From an uncultured Chloroflexia bacterium (GTDB lineage: Bacteria > Chloroflexota > Anaerolineae > JAAYZQ01), in the NCBI GenBank assembly GCA_963700285.1, contig CAVOXA010000014.1, forward strand, positions 704,001 through 768,000: a stretch of DNA of 64,000 bases, given 5' to 3'. The first letter of the stretch is position 1. Every line of letters begins with the position of its first letter. Below, one piece after another: positions 53,354-62,633 of the stretch. A program made the translations under genes and the position numbers. The notes under the pieces are model-generated. The model was not told the DNA's origin. It ran no database searches and saw only the letters and a list, made by a program, of their open reading frames with translations.

Positions 53354-53380
53354 CCTTCTTCTCCTGACCTGGTGACAACC

Positions 53381-54130
53381 CTAGTTCATGTGGGCGCCGG
53401 CAAAGGCCCCGATTTCGGTCTTGTCCGTAATCAGGCTATATATCTTGCCGTCCCGCATCTGGATGATCTTGTCGACAAACTTGACCATCCGCAGGTCGTG
53501 GGTCACCATGATACCCGCCAGATTCTCGGCGTGGATCAGATCGGCAAAGGTACCAACCACCTGAAAGGCGCGCTGGGTATCCAGGCTGGCCGTGGGCTCG
53601 TCGGCCAGCACGATGTTGGGCCTGTGGACCAACGCTCGGGCGATGGCCACTCGCTGCTGCTGCCCGCCGGAAAGCTGAGATGGCAGGTTCTTCAGCCTGT
53701 CACCCAGGCCAAGTTGATCGAGCAAATCCGAAGCTCTCTCCTTGTTGGTCCTGGTGTATTGCTTGTTCAACTGCAGCATCAGTTCGACGTTCTCCCGCAC
53801 TGAAAGGTAGGGAACCAGGTTGTTGTCCTGAAAGGTGAACCCTACCTTCTCGCGGCGGAACTTTGTTCGCTGGCGATCGCTCATGCCAGACAGCTCCTCA
53901 CCCCCGATAAGAATCCGGCCCTCGGTCGGCGCCAGCAGGCCAGCCAACATGGCCAGCATGGTCGTCTTTCCAGAACCACTGGGACCCACCAAAGCCACAA
54001 ACTCGCCAGGGCAGATTTGCAGGGAAACTTCGTCCACGGCTTTGATGATACTATCCTCCACTTCGTAGGTCTTGGTGACAGACTGTGCCTCAAGTACCGG
54101 TGTCATTTTTCCATTTCCATCCATGTCCAA
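53381..54130 (-). CDS. ABC transporter ATP-binding protein (HrtA/LolD-like)
   Basis: [34 protein letters not shown] and VTHD. Confidence 0.9.
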   Translation of the reverse strand: MDMDGNGKMTPVLEAQSVTKTYEVEDSIIKAVDEVSLQICPGEFVALVGPSGSGKTTMLAMLAGLLAPTEGRILIGGEELSGMSDRQRTKFRREKVGFTFQDNNLVPYLSVRENVELMLQLNKQYTRTNKERASDLLDQLGLGDRLKNLPSQLSGGQQQRVAIARALVHRPNIVLADEPTASLDTQRAFQVVGTFADLIHAENLAGIMVTHDLRMVKFVDKIIQMRDGKIYSLITDKTEIGAFAGAHMN

Positions 54131-54136
54131 TGCTCC

Positions 54137-55369
54137 TTATGATGCCAACCCAAGTGCGGTCAGGGGCTCTACCCTCAACAGAACCACCAGAGAGATCATG
54201 CCGGCCAGGGGCCCGATGATCAACAGCGAAACAATGGCCACCAAAGCAGACTCGGGTGTGAAGATGATGGGTACAGTTCCTGGGAGGCCCAGCGAAAGGG
54301 CAAAGGTTCCCAAGACACCGAGTGCTACGCCCAAGATGGTCGTATAGATGATCTGCAGGACAAAGGCCACGGAAATGGTCAGCGTCGCTGCGCCGATGGC
54401 CTTGAGCATGCCGATTTGAGCCACCTTCTGCAACGTCTGGATTTGGAAGAATCCACCCAACACCAGCACGCCGATGAGCAGCGTAAAGATGCGGATGGTG
54501 TTCAGCGTACTCTGCTGCTCGGCATAACCCGGTGTGGCCTCATAGGCCGTCTTGAGGTCAGCGGACTCGACCCTTTTGACGCCGTTGTCCAGACGCTCAG
54601 CCATGATCTCCAGTTCGGCTGGGTCATCCAGTTGCACGGCAGCCACGTTCAGGACATATTCCGCGTTACCCTCGGTCGGTCCAGTCCCCGGCTTGACCCG
54701 ATCCCAGGTCACATAGGGCACAAAGATCGAGGGCTGCAAGAAATTCTGCTGGCTGTCACTGATGCCGGCTACAGTCAGGTCATAGAACTCTTCGTCTGTC
54801 CCCTGCACCGACTTAATGGTGAACTCGTCACCCACTTTCAGTCCGGTGCGCAGGGCGACATTGCTGCCGATGACCGCCTCTTTGCTCCGTTTGCTCTTGA
54901 GGCCGCGGCCCTGCAGCGCCGCCGGCTCGCCCGGCTTGCCGGGTTCTACACCAATGAGGGATACACCCAAGGGCTCTTGGCCCTCATCCATCATGAGCGA
55001 AGCCCGGCTGAAACCGATCAGGCCCACATCTCGAACACCCTCGATCCTTCGGATCTCCTTCAGCTTTGACCGTCCCATTCGGCTTGTCGAGGTAGACAGG
55101 TCAGTGTTCTCTTGAAACAACAGCAGGTCCGCATCAAGCTTCGCCAAATACTCGATGTTGCCCGAACCCAAACCCTCGGCCAGCCCGTCGATAAAGAGCA
55201 CGAGGGTTGTGATCAGGGCGATCACCAGGGCCACCATGAAGAATCTTCCCTTGTTGCGCCAAAACTCCTTGAAGGCCAAATAGACGGGCAGTGGAGCGCT
55301 CAGGCTCCGCGCTCTCTCTTCGACCTTGGTCATTGGGCGAGCGAACGTTTTCTCAGCTTGCAAGTTCAT
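54137..55369 (-). CDS. FtsX-family ABC permease (HrtB-like)
   Basis: LAFKEFWRNKGRF, GLAEGL, FFQIQTLQK..QIGMLKAIG and VEPLTALG. Confidence 0.85.
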   Translation of the reverse strand: MNLQAEKTFARPMTKVEERARSLSAPLPVYLAFKEFWRNKGRFFMVALVIALITTLVLFIDGLAEGLGSGNIEYLAKLDADLLLFQENTDLSTSTSRMGRSKLKEIRRIEGVRDVGLIGFSRASLMMDEGQEPLGVSLIGVEPGKPGEPAALQGRGLKSKRSKEAVIGSNVALRTGLKVGDEFTIKSVQGTDEEFYDLTVAGISDSQQNFLQPSIFVPYVTWDRVKPGTGPTEGNAEYVLNVAAVQLDDPAELEIMAERLDNGVKRVESADLKTAYEATPGYAEQQSTLNTIRIFTLLIGVLVLGGFFQIQTLQKVAQIGMLKAIGAATLTISVAFVLQIIYTTILGVALGVLGTFALSLGLPGTVPIIFTPESALVAIVSLLIIGPLAGMISLVVLLRVEPLTALGLAS

Positions 55370-55859
55370 TTCCCCTATCAATAGAGTCTCTCCAGGTCTG
55401 TGATCCCGCGCCTGACTGAGGCGCCTCCAGAATCTGTCTTGTTTTCCAACCGCGATAGACGAAGAGAAGTGGCAGGCCAAGCCACATTGTTAGCCCTACC
55501 GGCCCCCACACTAGGTGTCGCCTCAGCTTGGCCTCGATTTCGTCTACAACGCTTGTCGCGCCTTCATTCTCCTGCACAAAGGTGTGTCGATGGGTCCAGG
55601 CATCAAAGGGACCAGCCACCTGCTGGTCTGCGAAGCCTGAGATAGTCACGTCTTCCACGCGGGCGACCCAGCGGACGGGGACAGGCCCCAGCCACACCGT
55701 GAAGGCCATCTCGTCGCCGTCAGCCATCTGCTCCGGCGCGTAATGCAGACTTGTGGGCATCATCGGCGGCGTGATGGCGCCCAGACTGGAAGCCTGGGTA
55801 TGAAATCTGGCGACGCTCGCCTGCCGCGCCTGTACCCGGAAGGAGTGGCGGTACTTCAC
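55353..55859 (-). CDS. SRPBCC (START-fold) family protein
   Basis: LGAITPP, PVRWVA and FADQQVAGPFDAWTHRHTF. Confidence 0.8.
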   Translation of the reverse strand: MKYRHSFRVQARQASVARFHTQASSLGAITPPMMPTSLHYAPEQMADGDEMAFTVWLGPVPVRWVARVEDVTISGFADQQVAGPFDAWTHRHTFVQENEGATSVVDEIEAKLRRHLVWGPVGLTMWLGLPLLFVYRGWKTRQILEAPQSGAGSQTWRDSIDRGNELAS

Positions 55860-56782
55860 TTCAGCAGGTTCCTCAGCGCACTCTCTGCATCGGGAAAATG
55901 GAAGGTAAACCCCATCTCCAGCAGACGCTGGGGAAGGCCCAGCTGACCCTCCAATACCACGCTGGACACGTCACCAACAGCCGCCCGCATGGCAAAGCCT
56001 GGCACAGGGATCAGGGATGGCCTTCCCAGGACGCGGCCCATGGCTTTCCCAAATGCAGCATTGGTGATGGGCACCGGGGCGACGAGATTGAACGGCCCCC
56101 TGGCCGCTTCGTGCTCGATCAGAAAGCGGATAGCCCGAACCTCGTCCTGCAAATGAATCCAGGGCAACCATTGCTTCCCACTACCCAGCGGACCTCCAAC
56201 AAAGAGGCGATAGGGCAGCAGCCACCGGGGCAGCGCTCCCCCCTCGGTATCGAGCACAGCCCCACTCCGTGCGATAACCCGCCGCATGCCCATTGCTTCT
56301 ACAGCCTCCGTCGAGGGCTCCCACTCGTTGGCAGCAAGATCTGCCAGGAAGCCAGTCCCCGGTGGCGCGTCCTCAGTGACCTCGTCATTGCCCGTGTTGC
56401 CATAGTAGCCAATGCCTGAGGCCTGAACGACGACCCGAGGTTTCTCCTTGGCGGCCTCAGCCGCCTCTACCACGGCGCGTCCGGCCCAGACCCGGCTATC
56501 GCGAATAACCCTCTTTCTCTCTGCCGTCCATCTGCTGGGAAAAAAGCCAGGGCCAGCCAGGTTCGAGCCGGCCAGGTTGACGATGGCGCCGGCGCCGTCA
56601 GCCAGATGCTCCCAGCCTTTGGCAGTACGTGCATCCCAGCCAGCGACCTGGACGCCGTCTGGCAGGCCAGATTCTCGTTCTGGGGAGCGAGTCAAGACCA
56701 CGACCTGGTGTCCATCCACAACAAGATTCGCAGCAAGCGCCCGGCCAATGAGGCCAGTACCGCCTGTTATGATCACCCGCAT
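55856..56782 (-). CDS. TIGR01777-family NAD(P)-dependent epimerase/oxidoreductase
   Basis: ITGGTGLIG, VNLAG, RW....K..IRDSRV, GGPLGSGKQWLPWIH and GPFNLVAP. Confidence 0.88.
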   Translation of the reverse strand: MRVIITGGTGLIGRALAANLVVDGHQVVVLTRSPERESGLPDGVQVAGWDARTAKGWEHLADGAGAIVNLAGSNLAGPGFFPSRWTAERKRVIRDSRVWAGRAVVEAAEAAKEKPRVVVQASGIGYYGNTGNDEVTEDAPPGTGFLADLAANEWEPSTEAVEAMGMRRVIARSGAVLDTEGGALPRWLLPYRLFVGGPLGSGKQWLPWIHLQDEVRAIRFLIEHEAARGPFNLVAPVPITNAAFGKAMGRVLGRPSLIPVPGFAMRAAVGDVSSVVLEGQLGLPQRLLEMGFTFHFPDAESALRNLLK

Positions 56783-58131
56783 GCTAAATTCTCCTCGTTT
56801 CCTCTACCTAATCCGTTCTCGTATATCACTGTGCTCAGCCATTCCAGGACAGGCTCCGCCCGTCCATTGAGGTTCTGGCTGGCTGCCTGGTGGTAGCATC
56901 CCAAATACCTGATCAATGCCTCGTCCGACAGATAGTGGTTGCTTAGCAGGCCCCTTAGCCAGTCAAGATCCGTGCTGAGAAAATCCATATCCCCCAAGGC
57001 CAGGGCGGCATCGATGTTGCTGGCAAGCTCCCGGGTTGCAACAGCAAGGTGGCGAGGCTCAATCTCCACCGGGCCCAGCCTTCGCGCCAAATCGGCCTCA
57101 ATCTGCCCCCGTCGCTCCTCAAAGTGATCCCTGGCAATTGGAAACGCCTCTGGAAGGGCCACAGTTCGAGCTACTGGATGAGGAGCAGCCATCAGTACTT
57201 CCACGACATCTGGGGCTGAAGGCAGACGCTCACCAAGAAAATGACCTGGAATCCGAGCGCGCGATGCCGGCAGCAGATTGAAGATCAGGCCCCCGTAAGC
57301 CAGCGGCACACCCTCCGCCTGCAGAAACTGGGCTGCCTCGAGCAGGGACGCCGCGCTGGTGAGTCGCTGAGCGGCCATCACCACCAAGTGAGGGCTCTTC
57401 ATGGTCAGGGTCGTTTCCAGTCGCTCTACCGGCACGTTCGCGCCCAGGTAGATGACGTCCCATCCCCTGCGCCGCAAGAGAAAAGTCAGCAAGAGCAGGC
57501 CGAATACGTGCTGCTCCTGAGGTGGGCAGGCGATGAGGATCCGGCCTGAACGGGTCGGAGGCGGAGAGGCCATGATCAGAGCCTCTAACCTTCGATTGGC
57601 CAGCGCCGAGCAAAAGTGCTCCTGTTGAACCGTAGCCTCGCCACGATACCATTTGTCGCCGATCTGCGACATAGCGGCCTGGAGCAGCTCAAGAGCCACC
57701 GTCTCTGGCGAATAGAGAGCAAATGCCTGGGCCAGGGCCTGTTCCGACCGCTGTTCGTCATAGGCCAGGCAGGCCGAGATCCAGTCTTCACGCAATTCGA
57801 TCAGCGTCGCCCCCAGAGCCGGAGGCGCGTGAGACGGCACTGGAAGCAGGCCGGCACTTGCCGGGGCGGCCAGCGGATCCTGGCCCTCCGCCTCGATCTG
57901 CCGCCACAGATCTACCGCCCGCGCGATGCTGAGGCCTTCCTGCTGGCGGGCTGTGAGCCATTTGAGCGTTTCAATGTCGTACCGTGTATAGAGTCGATGG
58001 CCGCCACTGCTGCGGTGGGGTGTGGGCAGGCCGTAGCGCCGCTCCCAGGCACGCAATGTATCCGGCTTGAGGCCGGTCTGCTGCACCACCGCTTTCAAGT
58101 TGAAAAAGGGCCCTTCGCTGCTGTTCGTCAC
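56773..58131 (-). CDS. carH: CarH/LitR-type AdoB12-dependent MerR repressor with extra C-terminal helical domain
   Basis: MerR HTH (DTLRAWERRYGLP..GGHRLY), W-x9-EH (WYRGEATVQQEH), EQHVFG and YLGANVP; ~130-aa C-terminal extension. Confidence 0.85.
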   Translation of the reverse strand: MTNSSEGPFFNLKAVVQQTGLKPDTLRAWERRYGLPTPHRSSGGHRLYTRYDIETLKWLTARQQEGLSIARAVDLWRQIEAEGQDPLAAPASAGLLPVPSHAPPALGATLIELREDWISACLAYDEQRSEQALAQAFALYSPETVALELLQAAMSQIGDKWYRGEATVQQEHFCSALANRRLEALIMASPPPTRSGRILIACPPQEQHVFGLLLLTFLLRRRGWDVIYLGANVPVERLETTLTMKSPHLVVMAAQRLTSAASLLEAAQFLQAEGVPLAYGGLIFNLLPASRARIPGHFLGERLPSAPDVVEVLMAAPHPVARTVALPEAFPIARDHFEERRGQIEADLARRLGPVEIEPRHLAVATRELASNIDAALALGDMDFLSTDLDWLRGLLSNHYLSDEALIRYLGCYHQAASQNLNGRAEPVLEWLSTVIYENGLGRGNEENLACG

Positions 58132-58185
58132 GGGTCAACCCCTCCAGTCCTCTATCCTTCATCCAGTTGATCCCCTAGTCTGCTC

Positions 58186-58256
58186 GCATTGTAGCACACT
58201 GTCACAGTTTTGTCAAGTATTTGGCCAGGATTCCGGGCTTAAAACCGCGTTAAGAT
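58186..58256 (-). promoter_or_regulatory. Sigma70 promoter with putative CarH operator (site D, autoregulatory)
   Basis: CCAAATAC-TTGACA-AAACTGTGACAGTGTGC-TACAAT (17-nt spacer); TGACA at 11-bp spacing; upstream TTAAC..TTAAG at 11 bp. Confidence 0.78.
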
Positions 58257-58415
58257 TCGACACAAGGCCAACATGAGGATGGCCAGTTGCCAAAGGGCTT
58301 CAATCATCAGGGAAATAGCCTGGGGCGTCTATGCCGGAATGGAATGACCGCCGGATCCCCACCCGGGGCATTTGACCCGGAATCAAAAAGGTGATACAAT
58401 CAACTATCACAATTG

Positions 58416-58516
58416 ACTGAAGCTGGGGGAGCCTGGGCGGCCAGGCTGAGAGGGCGATGGTTCTTGTCGCCGACCCCTTGAACCTGACCTGGGTAATGCC
58501 GGCGTAGGAAAGCGAA
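58416..58516 (+). ncRNA. TPP riboswitch (THI-box)
   Basis: GGGG...GCTGAGA...GACCCCTTGAACCTGACCTGGGTAATGCCGGCGTAGGAA, immediately upstream of thiamine genes. Confidence 0.93.
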
Positions 58517-58531
58517 CGAACCCACCAATGC

Positions 58532-58566
58532 GAACCGCCAGCCATAGGCCAGGCGGTTCTTTGTTT
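58532..58566 (+). terminator. Riboswitch expression-platform terminator
   Basis: GAACCGCC...GGCGGTTC followed by TTTGTTT. Confidence 0.75.
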
Positions 58567-58597
58567 GCCTCAGGGCACACGGAGAATGGAGGCACAG

Positions 58598-59248
58598 GTG
58601 CGAGCCATAATCATCGCGGCAGGTCAGGCTCAAAGCAGCAAAGACCTACAGGACTGGGTTCAAGATGGGGATTTGATCATTGGGGCCGACGGTGGAGCGG
58701 CGCAAGCCATGAGATGGGGCTTGTGGCCCCACCTGGTCATCGGCGATATGGATTCGTTGCCCAACGAGACTCGGCAGTCATTGGAGGATCACGGTTGCCG
58801 CTTTGTGATCCACCCTCGCGCCAAGGACGAAACCGACATGGAACTGGCCCTGACCTACGCGGCGCAGCAGGGTGCTGACGAGATCGTTGTCCTGGGAGCG
58901 CTGGGGGGCCGGCTCGACCACACGTTGGCCAACATCTTTTTGCTGATCCTACCCGAGCTGGAAGGCTTAAGGGTTCGCATCGTAGACGGGAACCAGGAGG
59001 TGCTGCTCGTGCGTGCGGGCGAGGCCGCCAACATCGAGGGCAAGCCGGGCGACCTGGTCTCCCTTCTACCTCTGGGAGGCAGGGCCTGCGGCGTTTCAAC
59101 GTTAGGTCTGGCCTGGGCGCTGAACGACGACACACTAGACCTCAGCTTCACGCGGGGCGTGAGCAATGTGATGACGTCGCCTGTGGCCCACATTGAGATG
59201 GAGAAGGGCTTGTTGCTGGTTCTGCACAGTCCCCCGGAAGAGGACTGA
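58598..59248 (+). CDS. thiN: Thiamine diphosphokinase
   Basis: IGADGGA, IGDMDS, KDETDMELAL, GALGGRLDH and GVSN. Confidence 0.92.
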   Translation: MRAIIIAAGQAQSSKDLQDWVQDGDLIIGADGGAAQAMRWGLWPHLVIGDMDSLPNETRQSLEDHGCRFVIHPRAKDETDMELALTYAAQQGADEIVVLGALGGRLDHTLANIFLLILPELEGLRVRIVDGNQEVLLVRAGEAANIEGKPGDLVSLLPLGGRACGVSTLGLAWALNDDTLDLSFTRGVSNVMTSPVAHIEMEKGLLLVLHSPPEED

Positions 59249-59340
59249 ACCTGGGGAATTGGAGATTAGCCAGTGCAGCTTGAAGTGGTGCACACTGAGC
59301 CCTGAGCCTATAGAAGTGAGCTGGAGAGGAGGCCGGCAGT

Positions 59341-60444
59341 ATGAAAGGTAGAGAACAGTGGTTGATTGTCGTAGCCGTGGTGATGTTGTTGGCATCCTGT
59401 GGGCCGGCGTCCGCGCCCTCAACAGAAGCCCCCGCAGCCACGTCCCCATCCGAAACGGCCGGGCGTACGCTGACCGTGATGACCCACGACAGCTTTGATG
59501 TCAGTGAGAACGTTGTGGCGGCCTTCAAGGAGCGCTGCAACTGTGAGGTCCAGTTCCTGCAGGTCTGGCGATACGGGCCTGATGCTGAACCAGGCCACTT
59601 CTGAGCAAAGACAATCCCCTGGCAGACGTCATCTATGGCGTGGACAACACCTTCCTCAGCCGGGCGCTGGCGGGCGACATCCTGGAGCCCTACGAGTCGC
59701 CAGTTCTGGCTGACGTTTCCGACGACCTCAAGCTGGATCCCACGTTCCACCTGTTGCCGGTGGACTATGGCGACGTCTGTCTGAACTATGACAAAGGCTG
59801 GTTCGAAGAAAATGACCTGGCACCGCCCGAGCGACCTTGCCGCGCTGACCCAGCCCGAATACAAGGCGCTGACCGTCGTGGAGAACCCCGCCACTTCGTC
59901 GCCAGGGCTCGCGTTCCTGCTGGCCACCGTGGAACAGTTTGGTGACCACCGGTGACTATACCTACCTGGACTACTGGGCCGACCTGCGTGCCAACGACGT
60001 GCTGGTCACCGACGGTTGGGAGGACGCCTATTGGGGCAACTTTACCTACGCTTCCGATGGCGACCGGCCCATCGTCGTCAGCTATGCCAGCAGTCCCCCG
60101 GTAGAGGTCTACTTTGCCGAAGAGCCGTTCGACGAAGCCCCAACAGGCGTCGTCGCCAGCCGACGGCAGCTGCTTCCGCCAGATCGAGTTTGCCGGCATC
60201 CTGAAGGGCACCGAGAACCGGGATCTGGCCGAACAGTGGATCGATTTCATGCTGGGCAAGACATTTCAGGAGGATATCCCCCTCAAGATGTTTGTCTTCC
60301 CTGCCAACGAGCAGCGCGGCGCTGCCAGATGTCTTTGCACGGTTTGCCGAGATACCCGACAACCCGGCGATGGTAGACCCGGAAGCCATCGAAGCCAACC
60401 GCGAAACGTGGATCAAGGCCTGGACTGAAGTCATGCTTCGATAA
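59341..60444 (+). CDS. thiB: Thiamine ABC transporter substrate-binding lipoprotein (frameshifted)
   Basis: Lipobox LASC; [49 protein letters not shown] and CFRQIEF across frames; TAA at 60442-60444. Confidence 0.85.
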
Positions 60445-60503
60445 GCGTGTTGGCTCGCTTGTTCCGGGTCGATGCACTCGCCCTTATTCGGTCTCAGAGC
60501 TGC

Positions 60504-60532
60504 TTGTCTCCTGACTGTACTTGTGGTATAAT
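60504..60532 (+). promoter_or_regulatory. Sigma70 promoter
   Basis: TTGTCT-17 nt-TATAAT with TG extension. Confidence 0.55.
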
Positions 60533-60599
60533 CTGGGCGGAAGGACTCTGGCAGAAAGCACTTGGTGAGCGCTGATTGGAATGCGGAGAGGAGCAAGTG

Positions 60600-61100
60600 A
60601 TGATCAAGGTCACCATAGATAGCGTTCGGGCAAGCTTGCTGTCCCAACATCGGGTGGTGGTCCTCAAAGAAGAGGATATCGACCGCTATCTGGCCATCTG
60701 GATCGGTCCATACGAAGCTGATGCCATCACCATCCGGCTTCAGGGCGTCGAGGTCGCCCGCCCTCTCACCCACGATCTCGTCCAGCAAGCCATCACCAGG
60801 CTTGGTGCGACAGTTTCCCATATCCTGGTGAATGACCTGCACGACGACACGTTTTACGCCCGTGTAGTTATAGATCGCGAGGGAGAACGCATCGAGTTAG
60901 ACTCGAGGCCCAGCGATGCCATCGCCTTGGCCGTCCGTGTCCAGGCCCCGGTATTTGTCAGCGAGTCAGTGATGGAGAGAGCGGGTGTGGTGCCAGACGA
61001 AGAGATTGACCTTGATGCTTTGACACCCGAGGAAGAAGAAAAGCTAGCGCCATACAAGGACTTTATCGAGGGACTTGATCTGGAAGATCTGGTAGAATAG
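60600..61100 (+). CDS. Bifunctional nuclease family protein (DUF151)
   Basis: [17 protein letters not shown] and [11 protein letters not shown]. Confidence 0.88.
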   Translation: MIKVTIDSVRASLLSQHRVVVLKEEDIDRYLAIWIGPYEADAITIRLQGVEVARPLTHDLVQQAITRLGATVSHILVNDLHDDTFYARVVIDREGERIELDSRPSDAIALAVRVQAPVFVSESVMERAGVVPDEEIDLDALTPEEEEKLAPYKDFIEGLDLEDLVE

Positions 61101-61277
61101 TTGGCGCCGGCAACACACCGGCAAGCCACAGTTGATCTGATGGTAAAATGGAACTAGGTCGGCGACCGCAGCCGGCAATCGGGACCGGTTGCAGGCAGGG
61201 CTCCTGCTCAGTGGCACAGCGCCAGCGGGAGCCTGCTTTGCGCAGGGCAGAGCATATTTCGTCAGAGGGCGCAGATT

Positions 61278-62633
61278 GTGACTGAAAGTAGCAGGATCGA
61301 GAGACTTCCCCCACAGAGTGCCGAGGCGGAAGAGGCGGTTCTGGGCGCGCTCCTGATTGACCCGGACGCCATCATCCGCCTGGCCCCCATCCTTCGACCT
61401 GAGGATTTCTATCGGGAAAAGCATGGTTGGATCTATGATGCTGCCTTGATCCTCCACGAGCGCCGCGAGCCGGTCGATTTCCTGACCATTTGCGACGAGC
61501 TGGATCGACGGGAACAACTTGACCAGGTAGGCGGAGCAGCGTTTATCACATCGCTGATCAACGCCATGCCAACCTCTATACACGCGGAGCACTATGCCCG
61601 AATTGTGGAGCGTACGGCCACAAGAAGGCGATTGATTGACGCAGCCAGCGAAATCGCCGTCCTGGCCTATCAGGAAGCCGACGACGTCGAAGAGGTGGTG
61701 GACCATGCTGAGCAGATCCTCTTTGGTGTGTCTGAGCGGCGCGTATCTCGCGAACTGGTCCCGATCAAGCAGATTCTGAGTGAATACTATGACCGCATAG
61801 AATACCTGACCCGCCACCGTGGAGAACTGATCGGCATACCCACCGGATTCAACGACATTGACAAACTGTTGGGCGGCCTGCAGCGTTCCGACCTGATCAT
61901 CTTGGCCGCCCGGCCAAGCGTTGGCAAGACCAGCCTGGCCCTCAGTATCGCCCACAACGCAGCAAAGCTGCACGGGCAGAGGGTAGCCTTATTTAGCCTG
62001 GAGATGTCGAGCGAGCAGGTCGTTCAGCGGCTCATCTCGGCAGAGACAGGCATCGGTTCGCAGCGTCTGCGTAGGGGAGAAATAGATCAGGACGAGTGGG
62101 GCCGCTTTATGAAGGCCTACAACGATCTGGCAGAAACCCACTTTTTCATTGACGACACGCCGGGCATCTCGGCACTAGAACTGAGGACCAAGGCCCGTCG
62201 CCTCCACGCCGAAGTGGGGATTGACCTGCTCGCGGTAGACTATTTGCAGCTCATGCGGGGTGACTTTCGCTCAGAGAACCGCGTACAGGAGATCTCGGGC
62301 ATTTCTCGCGCGCTCAAGGGGCTGGCCCGCGAGCTAAACGTGCCGGTATTGGCTCTCTCCCAGTTGTCTCGAGGCGTAGAATCGCGTACTGACAAGCGCC
62401 CCATCCTGTCAGACCTGCGTGAGAGCGGCGCACTGGAGCAGGATGCCGACGTGGTCGTCTTTATCTACCGCGACGAGATGTACAACGAGAACACCGAGAG
62501 GCAGAACATTGCCGATATCATCGTCGCCAAGCACCGAAACGGGCCCACCGGCACGGTTGCGCTCTTTTTCAAGAAGGAGCTGGCCCAGTTCCGCGAGGCG
62601 GAGCTTCGCCGGACGGATCTGGACTTTATCTGA
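61278..62633 (+). CDS. dnaB: Replicative DNA helicase
   Basis: [50 protein letters not shown] and KHRNGPTG; no intein. Confidence 0.96.
   Translation: MTESSRIERLPPQSAEAEEAVLGALLIDPDAIIRLAPILRPEDFYREKHGWIYDAALILHERREPVDFLTICDELDRREQLDQVGGAAFITSLINAMPTSIHAEHYARIVERTATRRRLIDAASEIAVLAYQEADDVEEVVDHAEQILFGVSERRVSRELVPIKQILSEYYDRIEYLTRHRGELIGIPTGFNDIDKLLGGLQRSDLIILAARPSVGKTSLALSIAHNAAKLHGQRVALFSLEMSSEQVVQRLISAETGIGSQRLRRGEIDQDEWGRFMKAYNDLAETHFFIDDTPGISALELRTKARRLHAEVGIDLLAVDYLQLMRGDFRSENRVQEISGISRALKGLARELNVPVLALSQLSRGVESRTDKRPILSDLRESGALEQDADVVVFIYRDEMYNENTERQNIADIIVAKHRNGPTGTVALFFKKELAQFREAELRRTDLDFI

Noticed and set aside
61190-61240. GC-rich hairpin upstream of dnaB as an ncRNA
   Set aside because: No recognisable RNA family motif; such stems are expected at this GC content.
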